Below, one piece after another: positions 37,135 through 50,297 of a stretch of 64,000 bases of DNA. The DNA comes from Malacoraja senta. Its lineage: Eukaryota. Below the pieces are notes generated by a model. That model was given only the letters and a program-made list of their open reading frames with translations, was not told where the DNA came from and made no database searches. The translations under genes and the position numbers were made by a program. Location of the stretch: positions 1,054,001 through 1,118,000 of the forward strand of contig CM076000.1 of the NCBI GenBank assembly GCA_038087875.1, given 5' to 3'. Position 1 is the first letter of the stretch, and each line of letters begins with the position of its first letter.

Positions 37135-39128
37135 TCATTGTTGCCAACAGCAAAATAATCTGTTTGGAACTAGCAGAGGCGGTTGCATTCCCAAGAGCTT
37201 TCAGAAACTTAAAGTCATCCATTCTTACTGACAAATATTGTGAGATGTAGCTTCTGTAAGGCAGTTACTTTCTTAATATGATGAACTCATTATTGAATGT
37301 TATTTTGAAGTGATTTTATTTTTAATGATAATACCAATCGGCGCATTGGAAGATACATATTCCAGTTTCTATGGCAACTTGATTAATTCATGTATATATT
37401 TAGGATTTTTCAATTATGTTTCTATGTCATTTGTATTTAGTTAATAGTATTGAGTTTGTAAAGAATAATATTAAATACAGTTAGCTGTATTTCTACAGGA
37501 CAAACAGAAAATAAAAGAAATACTTTCATGTTGTTAAATGGATATACTTGTTACAGATTCATTTGAGGAAGGACATTCTTGCTATTGAGAGAGTGCAGCG
37601 TAGGTTTACAAGGTTAATTCCCGGGATGGCGGGACTGTCATAGGCTGAGAGAATGGAGCAGCTGGGCTTATACACTCTGGAGTTTAGAAGGATGAGAGGG
37701 AACCTATTGTCTATTGTCTATTTGGTAGTTTATGAGGAAGGTTGAGATTTGCACTTTTAAATGGATCAAGGAGCTGTGAGTTTCTGCATTAATAAGATGA
37801 ATTTTACAGCAAAGTTAATCCTAATGTTGTTGACTGAATGCAAAACCTCCTGTCAGTTGCATTAGTATTAAATGGAATTTAGAATCTCAAAACAAGCTCA
37901 ATTTAATGCAAACAATTCTATCCTAAGAAAGAAGCATATTTTATGCCACAATCCTTTTATAATTCTTTTTTTTAATGAAAATTAAAATGTAAAAGCATAA
38001 CTTTGGGTATAGAATGTTAGAGAATGTACAATTATGACAGATATTCAATATATATTACAACACTTAATGATGCGATATTATAAGTGAATATCCCCGCTCA
38101 AACCTTATGACAGAAAAAAAACCTGATGAAGCAGCTGCAGATGCTAGGTCCTGGGACATTATTCTAAGAAGTCAAGAGAGTCAAGAGAGTTTATTGTCAT
38201 GTGTCCCAGATAGGACAATGAAATTCTTATTTTTGCTTTAGCACAAAATATAGTAGGCCTGAGTTGGGATGACTAAAAACATTCAGAAAGATAACAAGGG
38301 CAGTACAGTTTGCTGTAATTTGTTGTTGGTAAATTTCGCTGAAACATATTGTAAAACACTGTAAATTGTGGCATTTGTTCCTGCTATGCCTTAAAGTTTC
38401 TAGTTAAAATAATACCTGAAAATCATAAATATATGAAATCTGTTTAAACTGCTCCTCTGAATTGGAGCTGAGTAGATTAAATGCAGAGAACTTTGACGGA
38501 AATTTATTCGCATCGATGCTCAGACTTCCCTTAATTATTCTAACAACCCAACCCAATCTTATTATTAATCATCCAATCAATCTAATTCAATCAAATGTCA
38601 AGTGATGGAAAACAACACTGACAATGCTATCATGCATCAACAAACCATCCATGCCTACATACTGATGCCCACTTTGAGTTTTACGGACAACTTCGCTTCA
38701 GACTACATTGCAGCCTTGGTTCATGAGCAAAGGATGTAAATTGTTGAGGTGACTGTCCTTGACATTATGGTAACATTTGACAGAGTGTGGTAACAAGGAC
38801 CACTGGTAAAATTGAAGTCCACTGGCGTCAAGGGAAAGCACGCCTAACGATTAGAAACATATTTCAAACAATTCAGGATGTTTTTCGCTGTAGGAGGCAT
38901 CAAGACCTCTAGTGCAGTGTTGTGAAACTGTGGAGTCTGTTCTCTGCCATGTTGCATCACTCTTAAATATCTCTCAGATCATCGTGGATTGCACTCATAA
39001 TGTAACTCCCATCTAACCAGCTATAACCAGGGTTAATAGCCCACTAAACCAAGTCCACCACAGATATTATGCGGCATTTAATAAGGCAGTTAACCCTGGC
39101 TGTGGTCTGAAATCACTATACAATGCAC

Positions 39129-40470
39129 ACATAGATACATAGATACATAGAAAATAGGTGCAGGAGTAGGCCATTCGGCCCTTCGAGCCTGCACCGCCAT
39201 TCAATATGATCATGGCTGATCATCCAACTCAGTATCCCGTACCTGCCTTCTCTCCATACCCCCTGATCCCTTTAGCCACAAGGGCCACATCTAACTCCCT
39301 CTTAAATATAGCCAATGAACTGGCCTCAACTACCTTCTGTGGCAGAGAGTTCCAGAGATTCACCACTCTCTGTGTGAAAAAGTTTTTTCTCATCTCAGTC
39401 TTAAAGGATTTCCCCCTTATCCTTAAGCTGTGACCCCTAGTCCTGGACTTCCCCAACATCGGGAACAATCTTCCTGCATCTAGCCTGTCCAACCCCATAA
39501 GAATTTTGTAAGTTTCTATAAGATCCCCTCTCAATCTCCTAAATTCTAGCGAGTATAAGCCGAGTCTATCCAGTCTTTCTTCATATGAAAGTCCTGACAT
39601 CCCAGGAATCAGTCTGGTGAACCTTCTCTGCACTCCCTCTATGGCTATAATGTCCTTCCTCAGATTTGGAGACCAAAACTGTACGCAATACTCCAGGTGT
39701 GGTCTCACCAAGACCCTGTACAACTGCAGTAGAACCTCCCTGCTCCTATACTCAAATCCTTTTGCTATGAAAGCTAACATACCATTTGCTTTCTTCACTG
39801 CCTGCTGCACCTGCATGCCTACTTTCAATGACGGGTGTACCATGACACCTAGGTCTCGCTGCATCTCCCCTTTTCCTAATCGGCCACCATTTAGATAATA
39901 GTCTGCTTTCCTGTTTTTGCCACCAAAGTGGATAACTTCACATTTATCCACATTATACTGCAACTGCCAAACATTTGCCCACTCACCCAGCCTATCCAAG
40001 TCACCTTGCAGTCTCCTAGCATCGTCCTCACAGCTAACACTGCCCCCCCAGCTTAGTGTCATCCGCAAACTTGGAGATGTTGCCTTCAATTCCCTCATCC
40101 AGTTCATTAATATAAATTGTAAATAGCTGGGGTCCCAGCACTGAGCCTTGCGGTATCCCACTAGTCACTGCCTGCCATTGTGAAAAGGACCCGTTTACTC
40201 CTACTCTTTGCTTCTTGTTTGCCAGACAGTTCTCTATCCACATCAATACTGAACCCCCAATACCGTGTGCTTTAAGTTTGTATACTAATCTCTTATGTGG
40301 GACCTTGTCAAAAGCCTTCTGAAAGTCCAGATACACCACATCCACTGGTTCTCCCCTATCCACGCTACTAGTTACATCCTCGAAAAATTCTATAAGATTC
40401 ATCAGACATGATTTACCTTTTGTAAATCCATGCTGACTTTGTCCAATGATTTCACCACTTTCCAAATGTG
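39129..40470 (-). mobile_element. 5'-truncated CR1 LINE, same young subfamily
   Basis: Minus-strand RT ORFs 39229-40161 and 40034-40465; (CATAGATA)n tail on the + strand. Confidence 0.95.
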
Positions 40471-40889
40471 ACTTGGATAGGCTGGGTGAGTGGGCAAATG
40501 CATAGGCAGAACTGCTGATTGTCCATCTTTGGATATTATGCTATCCACTGTTTCTTCTGTTCAGGATGTTGCTAATGTCTGCAGCATATGCAGCACCAAA
40601 AGTATTTTCATTTATAAATAACTTTTTAAGCTTTTTCAAATGCGTGTCATTGGTGAGGGACTTTAATTAATAAACCAATGAATTGGAAACAAAATAAACT
40701 TTTGTTTATTGATAAAATGGCACAATAGTTGTACTTGATATTTTGGAAGGTGTCAATAATCCAGGGTGTTGCCAACATTCCTTCAAATATATATTTATTT
40801 TATCTTAAAATAATTAATCTGCATTAATTTTTAAAAAAAGGATAATTAAAATATATTCATTTCATAGGGACTATTTTGTAGAAGAGCTA

Positions 40890-40921
40890 ATGGATGAAGA
40901 TGACAAAGACAAGACAAAGAG
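40890..40921 (+). CDS. NPAS2: NPAS2 exon 2 coding part (MDEDDKDKTK-R); exon starts at 40868
   Basis: ttcatag|GGAC acceptor, ATG at 40890, AG|gtgaga donor; 32 coding nt, phase 2. Confidence 0.92.
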
Positions 40922-43900
40922 GTGAGACTTTATGTGATGTTTAACAGAATAAAATCAAAATAAGCATGGTATTTGAATTATTTATTTGAATGGATGACCG
41001 CAACAGATATATAGTGACAGTATCAAAATAGAAACAGGCATATTGAATTGAAGTGCTGGGTCTTAAATTAATTGTAAAACTGTTTTTCTGAACTTTCTTA
41101 ATAAGGAATGAAGTAGCACTAAAAAAGAGATGGCTGAGTGGTGGCTAGTTAGAGATATTTAAAATTGTAATTTGTTCTATAGTTTAATCATTCAAGCCAC
41201 TTTTATTCTTATGGGTGTATTGCAGAGCGCAGGTTTATTAAAATATGGGTCTGATCCAATTAATATGTTCAAGAAAATTAATTTATTACACAATTAATGA
41301 CAGAAATATTTTCCACTGTTCAACAGTCCCAGTCATATTCTGCTGTTCCTGACCTGAATAGCTCTTGATACAATTCAACCATCACTACAATTTGATGCAA
41401 AGTCCAGCCAAGTAATCCAGGAAGCAAACAGTTCTTAAGAGAAAAAAACAAGCTGTGTCCTGATAACAGCAGATGGAGGTGCATCTTCTCCAGTTGGTCC
41501 TTGGCACCATTTCCAACTCCATTCCAAAGTTCTCTCCATCAATGATCAAACGCACTGTCACATGACAAGTATTCCCTGACACATGACATGTCACCACAAC
41601 AAGCAATTTAAGCTGTTTAACATATTAACCATGATGTCACCAATGGTTTTTAACAATGTTAGTTTCACAAATCACAAAATCTTGATATGTAAGTAGATTA
41701 CATAATTTCACTATTCTAAACTGATTACAAAGTTTTATGCTTTCTTCTGTATATACTACAGAGAGGATGAAAACAATCAAGGGACTTAAACATAATATAG
41801 CTCCTTAGGAATTCATAAAGAGTTCAAGAAAACTTTCTTTACTCAGAGACTGGTTACAAAGCAGAATGTGCAAGGAAAAGGAACAGATCGGGCAAATAAC
41901 ATACAAGCACACAAGTGAGGGAGGAATGGTAAGACAGAACATCGGGGCAAGATGAAGGAATGTCCCTCTGCTGTATATTCTATAATAATCTAATAGGTAC
42001 TGTCCATGTTCTTGAGAGATGTTCCCTGATCCGCTGAGTTACCCCAGTCCTTTGTTTTTTTTTGTAAACCAGCATCTTCAGTTCCTTGTTTCTTCAATGT
42101 AAATCAAACCGACAGGTAATTCTATGTCAATGCAAGTTTCATGATATAAATGCAACGTTTTTTCCAACTGTCGCTCCCTGCTCACTAGGGGTGATTTACA
42201 GAGGTCGATTAACCTACAAACTTGCACGTCTCTGAGATTGATTGAAAGATAAGCATGGAAACACCCTTTGGCCCATCGAGTCTGACGAATTCTCTGCCTC
42301 AGAGGGTGGTGGAGGCCGGTTCTCTGGATACTTTCAAGAGAGAGATAGATAGGGCTCTTAAAGATAGCGGAGTCAGGGGATATGGGGAGAAGGCAAGAAT
42401 GGGGTACTGATTGTGGATGATCAGCCATGATCACATTGAATGGCGGTGCTGACTCGAAGGGCAGAATGGCCTACTCCTGCACCTATTGTCTATTGTCTAT
42501 TGTCTATTGAGATCATGCCAACCATTGTTCACCATTTCACATTAGTTCTATGTTATCCTACTTTCTTATCCACTACACGCTAGGGGAAATTTAAATAGGG
42601 CAATTAACCTACAAACACGCACATCTTTGAGATTGATTGATTGAAAGGCACAGCCTGGGAGCATTGAATAGATTTCACAAAGATGCAAGTTTAACACAAG
42701 TTCTTTATATTTTCGCCAGACATTTTGTCGTTGATTGAAAGATGCAGCATGGAAACAGGCTCTTGGGCCCACCTAGTCCAGGTGTACGGATTAGTACGGG
42801 TGTCTGGGGTTATGGGGAGAAGACAGGAGAATGAGGTTAGGAGGGAGATATAGATCAGCCTTGATTTTAATGGTGGAGCAGATGATGGGCCGAATGGCTT
42901 TATTCTGCTCCTATCACTTATGACCTTTTGAGATGTTTTCAAGAGAGAGTTAGATTTAGCTCTGAGAGCTAAGGGATATGGGGAAAAGCCGGAACGGGGT
43001 ACTGATTTTAGATGATCAGCCATGATCATATTGAATGGCGGTGCTGGCCCGAAGGATCAAATGGCCTACTCCTGCACCTATTGTCTATGTTTCTATGAAT
43101 CGCTGATGGGAGCAAGTTGAAACAAGGCTGGATGTTAGGACAGTGGAATAGGCACAGTGTCATTTCCCTGTGTTTATTATGTGGATTAGCAATTTACCGT
43201 GAGTAAAATTTAAAGCCTATTGCTACAAATCACTAGACTCGCTCCTCAGAGAGGATTTTTTTTGAATAACAGCAAAATTCACTATCTGATTATTTAAAAT
43301 TTGCATCCTTGCCAATACTTTTGACACAATGGTAACATTTCCCCCAAGTGCACTATATTCCTAATTAGTACCTTTAAATACCACAAAAAGATTGACTAGA
43401 AAGGAGGCCAAAGAGAGAATATCGTATTATTCTGTTTTCTTTTTATGTTAATTAATGGTTTGACCCAACTAATTCAATCCTTAGTCAAAACACTTGACTA
43501 ATTTTCATGGTTACGCTGTACACTTAATTAGTGATTGCACATTTGTTAACCAGAATTATTCTGCACTCAAAAACTCTTTTGCTGATATCTTCCAGGGAGC
43601 TCAAGGTTTGATGGAATAGGTATATCATAAGATACTGCACATGCTGCAAATAAGAAATAAAGACAGTAAATGCTGCAAACATCCAGCATATATGACAGCC
43701 AGGCAGCATTAGTGGAGAGATAGAAATAGTTAACATATCTTGTAAATTACCTTTCATCAGTAGCTTGTCGCTTTGAGCGTTTCCAGCTTTTCTTTCTGTT
43801 GAAGGTATGGCAAACCATTGGATGTAGTTCAAAGTAATAAGATTGAAGCCATTTGTTACCTAAATTGACATATTTTATTAAAATGTAAACAATTATAGAC

Positions 43901-45479
43901 ATCAACATCCATGACTGTACACCAAAAAGAAAAGTATTGCTATATCAGAAGTACATACATGCATGTCTATTGTCTATTGTCTATGACTTCCACAAATTGT
44001 TTTAGACTGAACAAACTCTCTTCCTTGAAAGGATGGAATAATATGTGTAGCTTTTTAGGGAGGTATTGCGGTCGGCTGTTAAAGGATCTCTGAAATGGTC
44101 AGTTTAAGAGCAATGAACGATAGGTAAAAGAATCTGACCTTGCGGCCAGCATCCACATCTGTGCATGAATAAAAATACAGAGGTTGAAACATAATATTTG
44201 CTGAAAACATACACAAAATCCTAAAGCAGGCATATACAATTATTTAGTAATGTAACAATACATTAAATCAAATTCTAACCATAATTAGGCAGTTGCACAT
44301 TTGTTTCAAGCATGAGTGTATGAATACCAAGGTACAGCTGACCTGTGCAGCACAGTATAAATTTGATACCAGGGACTGCAATTTTATAGTTTTCTAATGT
44401 CACATGTGAGATAGTGAATTAATATGAGTATCTTTGGAGCAGCTCATGTTTTCTAGTGTGGGATGATCTTAAAAGTTTAGTAATTTCACTCAATGAGAAC
44501 GTGCATTCAATGGAAGGGAGAGCAGGCCAAAGAAAGGTTTAAACTTGGATTGTTTTCCCCACAACACTGTAGGCTGATGGGAGGCAGTTTAGAAAATTAT
44601 GAGGCATTTCTAGGATAAACAGTTAGAACTTTTTTTCCCCAATATGGAAATGTCAAAGACTAAAGGCCACAGCTTTAAGACGAGTGGACAAAGTTTAAAG
44701 GAGATGTGCAGGGCAGGTTTTTACACAGAGATGGTGGGGGCCTGGAATGTGCTGCCGGTGGTGGTGCTGGAGGCAGATATGATAGTGGCGCTTAAGAGGT
44801 TTTTCAATAGTCACATGGATATGCAGGGAATGAAGGGATATGAATCATGTGCAGGCAAATGAGATTTGATCAGCTTGGCATCAAGTTTGGCATTTTAGGC
44901 CGAAAGGTCTGTTCCTGCTTTTACGGTTATCTGTTCTATGTTCTATTTCATGGTAGCTCTCTATTTCTCCGGCCCAGTCATTTTGAGCACATTGCTCTCT
45001 GGCACTACTGTTTTACTGAATTTACCCTGAAATACTTTAATGTTCTGTAAAAGAAAATTATGTAAATATTCATTCATTTATATACATTTTTTGGGGATTT
45101 GGTGGGAGAATATCATTCCTATAAGTATATGTTACTTTTTTTAATTATCTGGTTCTGTTATTTTAATATAAGTGACCTATCTTCACTTGTACTATAATAC
45201 AGAATTCTAATTTAATGAAATTATTTAAAAAATATTTTGCATGTGATCACATTTTGGGGGAAGACAACATCCTGCAGCGATATGCTTGATACAATATTGG
45301 TGTAGATGTTTTGCAGGAAATTGTCAAAACTGGAAATGTATTCATCAAAGTGCACTGGGTATAATCTTCAGGATTAACATGATTTGAGAAAGCAGAGACT
45401 GTATCTGTTCACATATGGACTATTTTATTGATCCTGTATGGTATCAGATGCCAAATTCTACTTTTGTATTTTAATTTAG

Positions 45480-45628
45480 GGCTTCACGTAACAAATCTGA
45501 GAAAAAGAGACGTGATCAGTTCAATGTCCTCATTAAAGAACTCAGTGTCATGCTTCCAGGCAGTGTCCGTAAACTGGATAAATCTTCAGTGCTCCAGAAA
45601 ACAATTAGCTTTTTACAAAAACACAACG
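45480..45628 (+). CDS. NPAS2: NPAS2 exon 3, bHLH domain
   Basis: atttag|G...AACG|gtaagt, 149 nt; [49 protein letters not shown]. Confidence 0.96.
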
Positions 45629-46279
45629 GTAAGTTCTTACTGATGTATTCAAAGTTGAAGTTTGACTAGTGTTCAAAACTTTTGAAGCTGCCGCTCCTCT
45701 TATCTTCTCTTAGCTAAGTAGGTAATAGCACCATGTGCATGGTCCCCAGTCATGCAGACTAAAGAAGTTCAGGATTCAATTCCTGTCCTGAACTGAATGC
45801 AAATTTAAACAGTGGCTGAAGAGGAAGAGATTCTCACTTCTTCAACTTCGATCGGCTTACACTACATGCTACCATTGTTAATGCTCTAGCAAGGTCTCAT
45901 GGTCAATTGTGGAAAACCAAATGCAAGGAGAAAGAATGGCCTGGAATTTCCTGAGAATGTTGAACCAGTCCCGTGACCACTCCACTATATACTGTTAAAT
46001 TGTCAATACTAATTTGTCAGAGTTTAGAAGTTTATGAAAGGGCTGGATTGAGATGGTTGTGCCTGTTAAGTTCTCAGGGAAACTGCAAACATTCAGCTGT
46101 TTCATCAGGGACAGTGGAGCTGAAAGGGGAAGGAGTGCCGGAAATTGGAGAAGCAGCTATGAGTCTCTGGGTCTGAAAGCCTGAGTGGTGTATGAAAGGA
46201 AGGCAGGCACAAGCAGAGCAGCCATATTGGAACCATTTTGGTTCTACTGGTTTAAACGCAGTTATCGAAAAAGACAGAA

Positions 46280-47075
46280 GAGGTCCACTGGAATTTAAAG
46301 TTCTAAATTTGGGCAAGATTAATTTTGATAATAATAGATAGAAGCTTGCAAAAGTTGATTGGAGTACATTGTTTGCAGATAAAAGAATATTTGGCTAGTA
46401 GGAGGCTTTTAAAAGTGAGACGGTGAGAGTTCAAAGTCTGCATGTTCCTGTTAGAGTGAAGGGTAAGTAAGGCAGGCAGGAGTAGGAAACCTTGGATGAC
46501 AAGACGTATTGAGGTTTTGGTCAGAAGAAAGGAGGCATGGGTTAGGTACAGACAGCTGGGATCAAATGAATTCCTGGAGGAGAATGGACAAGGCAAGGTA
46601 CAAGGTAAGTTTGCAGATGACACTAAAGTTGGTGGTATTGTGGATAGTGAAGATGGGTATCAAAAATTACAGCAAGATCTTGATTAGTTCGGCAAGTGGG
46701 CTGAGGAATAGCTAATGTAGATTAATGTATTTAAGTGCGAGGTGTTGCATTTTGGGAAGCCAAACATGGGCAGGACACTCGCAATGAATGGTATGGTCCT
46801 AAGGAATGTTGTAGAGCAGCGGGATCTAGGAGTACAGGTACATAGTTCCCTGAAAATGGCGTCATAAATATACAGCATGGCAAAGAAGGCTTTTGGCATG
46901 CTGGTCTTCATCAGTCAAGGCAACGTGTATAGAAGTTGAGATGTTATGTTGCAGCTATGCAAGATTTTGATCAGGTCACAATAGGAATATTGTTTGATCA
47001 CCCTGCTATAGGAAATATGCCATTACGCTGGAAAGAGTACAGAAAAGATTTACGAGGAAGTTGCCAGGACGTGAG
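46280..47075 (+). mobile_element. Old, degraded CR1 fragments
   Basis: KFADDTKVGGIVDSEDGYQKLQQDLD. Similar old CR1 pieces occur at ~20100-20780, 25170-25290, 36060-36900, 37560-37720, 42285-42510, 42780-43095, 44550-44945 and 61545-61910. Confidence 0.8.
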
Positions 47076-48009
47076 GGATTGTGTGAACAGGGAGAATGTA
47101 CAAACTCCGTACAGATAGCAGCTGTAATCAGGATCAAAACCAGGTCTCTGGCGCTGCAAGGCAGCAGCTCTACTGTTGCCCCACTGTGCTGCCCTTGATG
47201 TAGGAGTGGTGACTCCAATGAATATTATAGAATGGGTCTAAGAATCACTGCAATCTGATTGGCTAAAAGCCGCTGCTGTACCGTGTAATTATTTTTACTG
47301 GCCAGAAAACCGATATCGATACAATACTATAGTGATACCAATACACGGTATTTGGGGGGATTTTTGCTGTCTGCTTGATGCTGCGCGCGCAATACAAAAT
47401 GGCAAGTGCGGGTGAGCCACAGTTTGAGTTGCTAACAGACAAAAAAAAATCAAAATCTGCTATTTTTCAAATATTACCGGACGCATGATTTGAGACTTAC
47501 AGAGGAGTAAAGAACTAACTGACAGCTAGTGAAGAATTGTGAGGAAATGTCATCAGTTCCTTCACATTCACCTATAAGCTTTCTGATTACATTCTTTTGA
47601 CAGTATACAAGCATTGTGCTGAACAGTAGAACTTCAAAACACTTCAAATCATTGTCCTGTCTACTGGTTCATGGCATATGTTGCATTTGCCAACATAAAT
47701 TTATGGCGAAACTTTGAATAAAATAGATGTTCAAATCAATTTATATTTACCTGTCTAAAAATAGACATTATGCTCTTTGATTTTTAATTATATTATACAT
47801 TAAACTGTACCATAATTTATGTGGAAAGGATTCTGTACACTTATGTATTTCACATGATAGTTGTGGTATATAACAGAATGTTTTTTTAAACGTTTAGTCA
47901 TTCAAAGGCAGGGTGAACATGTAAAACTTTTAACTAAGTAAAAAAGATACTGTGGTTGTGTTAATATAAATGTAACATAAGTACTAAAGTTAACCATTTT
48001 CCTTTTTAG

Positions 48010-48101
48010 AGACTTCAGTGCAGACAGAAACAAGTATTATCCAACATAACTGGAAGCCTTCTTTTCTGAGCAATGAGGAATTCACACAACTGATGTTAGA
48101 G
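48010..48101 (+). CDS. NPAS2: NPAS2 exon 4
   Basis: tttttag|AG...GAG|gtacct, 92 nt; [31 protein letters not shown]. Confidence 0.95.
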
Positions 48102-48652
48102 GTACCTCATGTAAATGTATTTCCAGACCAGCAATTAGTTGACTTGGTTCACATGTTTTAACTTAATAATTTATTTATTTAATTGTGTTGACCTGAAACA
48201 TTCTCCGGATTGCTTGGACATGCAGTGTGAATCAAGTTTTAAGGCCAGTACTGATTCCAATTATTTCCTGCTGGTCAGGCCAGATGCAGGATTCAGGCTG
48301 GATTCAAATAATATTTATAATTTCCTTCTAGTGAGTGGTGTGATGCAGGTTTCTACTCTAATAACTTAAGTTAGCCATCACTTAAAATGGTCTGGGAGAA
48401 ACAAAATATATTAAGCATTTAATTTGGGGCAAAAGGCTATCGATTTATAACATATCAATATGCAGCAGTACATAAAATATGTTTATGTTTTAAAATTCAC
48501 TCAGATAAATGTATTTTTGAAAAATTGCTATCTACTAAATGGAATGCTTACAATTTTTAAACTGTAATGGAGATTTGTTGCTGTAATTTTAAAATACGCA
48601 CACAGTTTGTTGGAAAATATTAGTATCCAGTGTTTTGTTTTCCATACTGCAG

Positions 48653-48742
48653 GCTTTAGATGGATTCTTCGTAGCTCTAACAACAGATGGAAATATAATT
48701 TATGTATCTGATAGCATCACACCTCTACTTGGGCACTTACCT
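48653..48742 (+). CDS. NPAS2: NPAS2 exon 5, PAS-A
   Basis: ctgcag|GCT...CCT|gtgagt, 90 nt; [30 protein letters not shown]. Confidence 0.96.
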
Positions 48743-48977
48743 GTGAGTATAATAAAGTTACAAAGTGTATTCTCTGTTGAACAAAAATTGCATTTCATAT
48801 TAGTATGAAAGTTTGCAACTCTAATTCAAAGATAAAATAAACTAGTTTCAAAATTATATATATATTAAATAATGTCCAATTACAGAGGTATCTGAGAAAG
48901 CCCCATGATTGTAGTGATGCATTTCAGATGCAGAAATGGATACAACAATGTTAATTAACTAATCTGACCAAATGTTA

Positions 48978-48988
48978 AAAGTAGGTCA
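48978..48988 (+). promoter_or_regulatory. Intronic RORE (intron 5)
   Basis: AAAGTAGGTCA. Confidence 0.35.
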
Positions 48989-50113
48989 GAAACAAAAATA
49001 TTGCCGATGCTGGAAATATGAAATAAAACAGAAATTGCCAGAAATATTTGGCAAATCAAGCAACATAAATAGGGAAAAAAAGATTTTAAAACATTGACCT
49101 AAAAAATGAACAGTTTATCTCTCCCTGATGCAACCTAACCTGTTTAATATGTTCAGTATTTCCTGTTTTTTTAATTTAAAAGTAGTTCAATTTATTAAAA
49201 TTCCCAACTAATTTTCAGAATGTAGATGTATTTCCTGTCCTTCACCATGAGATATAAGCATTTTCCGTTGAGAAGTTTTACAAAATAAATCATTCAGAGA
49301 CAGCGTTGGTCAAAAAAGAGCCCACTCCCTAATCTCACCTGTGGCAACTTGGTCTACTGCTCTACAAGTCATGGCTTGTCAAGGTTACATCCAAATATTG
49401 TTTACGTGTGATGACAGTTTTTGGCTCTGTAAACCGTCCATGCAGAGAGGGTAACATTCAGAATTATTAACCCAAAATCACAATATACTTTTTTTTTTTT
49501 AAAGGATATGTGCTATTATTCTCATATTTGGTTTAGTTTAGTTTAACTATTTAGTCCACGCCATCCATTCAAATTAGTTCTATGCTATCCCACTTTCTCA
49601 CCCACTCGTTGCACACTAGGGGCAATTTACAGAGGCCAATTAACCTTTAAACCCACAATGTTCTTGGTGTGGAAGGAAACCAGAGCTCCTGGAAGAAACC
49701 CATGTGGTCACAGGGAGAACATGTGAACTCCACATGGACAGCACCCAAGGTCAAGATCCAACTGGATCTCATGAGCTCTACCAGCTGTGCCACTGTGTTG
49801 CCCTGATTCTGTAACTAACTGTAAAAGATGTACCCGTGATTTCCAAATCCCTTGTCAAATAAAGTATGCATTAGTCTGACAGTTGCAATTTCCTTTATAG
49901 TTTGAATGTTAGCTTTTTGACATATAATGCCATACTGTTATAAAATATCTCGAATTCTGCCCCTCAAGAATTCAAGTACTTTTGGAAAGACAGCACTTTG
50001 CAAAGTATTGCGTCCCACATTCAACAAACAAGAACTCAGGCTATCATAACAGTTTTCACGTAATTATATTATTTTATCAACACTGATTGTGCATGTTTTT
50101 TTCTTTCTTCTAG

Positions 50114-50234
50114 TCTGATGTTATCGATCAGAATTTATTAAACTTCCTCCCAGAGCAGGAGCACAGAGAAATATATAAATTGTTGTCTTCTCATACTTTG
50201 GCAACAGACACTATTTTGCCAGACTACTTAAACA
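50114..50234 (+). CDS. NPAS2: NPAS2 exon 6, PAS-A
   Basis: ttctag|TCT...AACA|gtgagt, 121 nt; [40 protein letters not shown]. Confidence 0.95.
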
Positions 50235-50297
50235 GTGAGTTTCTTTGTACATAATGTTTATGTAACCCATGTTTTTCACAGAGAGCCCTTTGATGAT

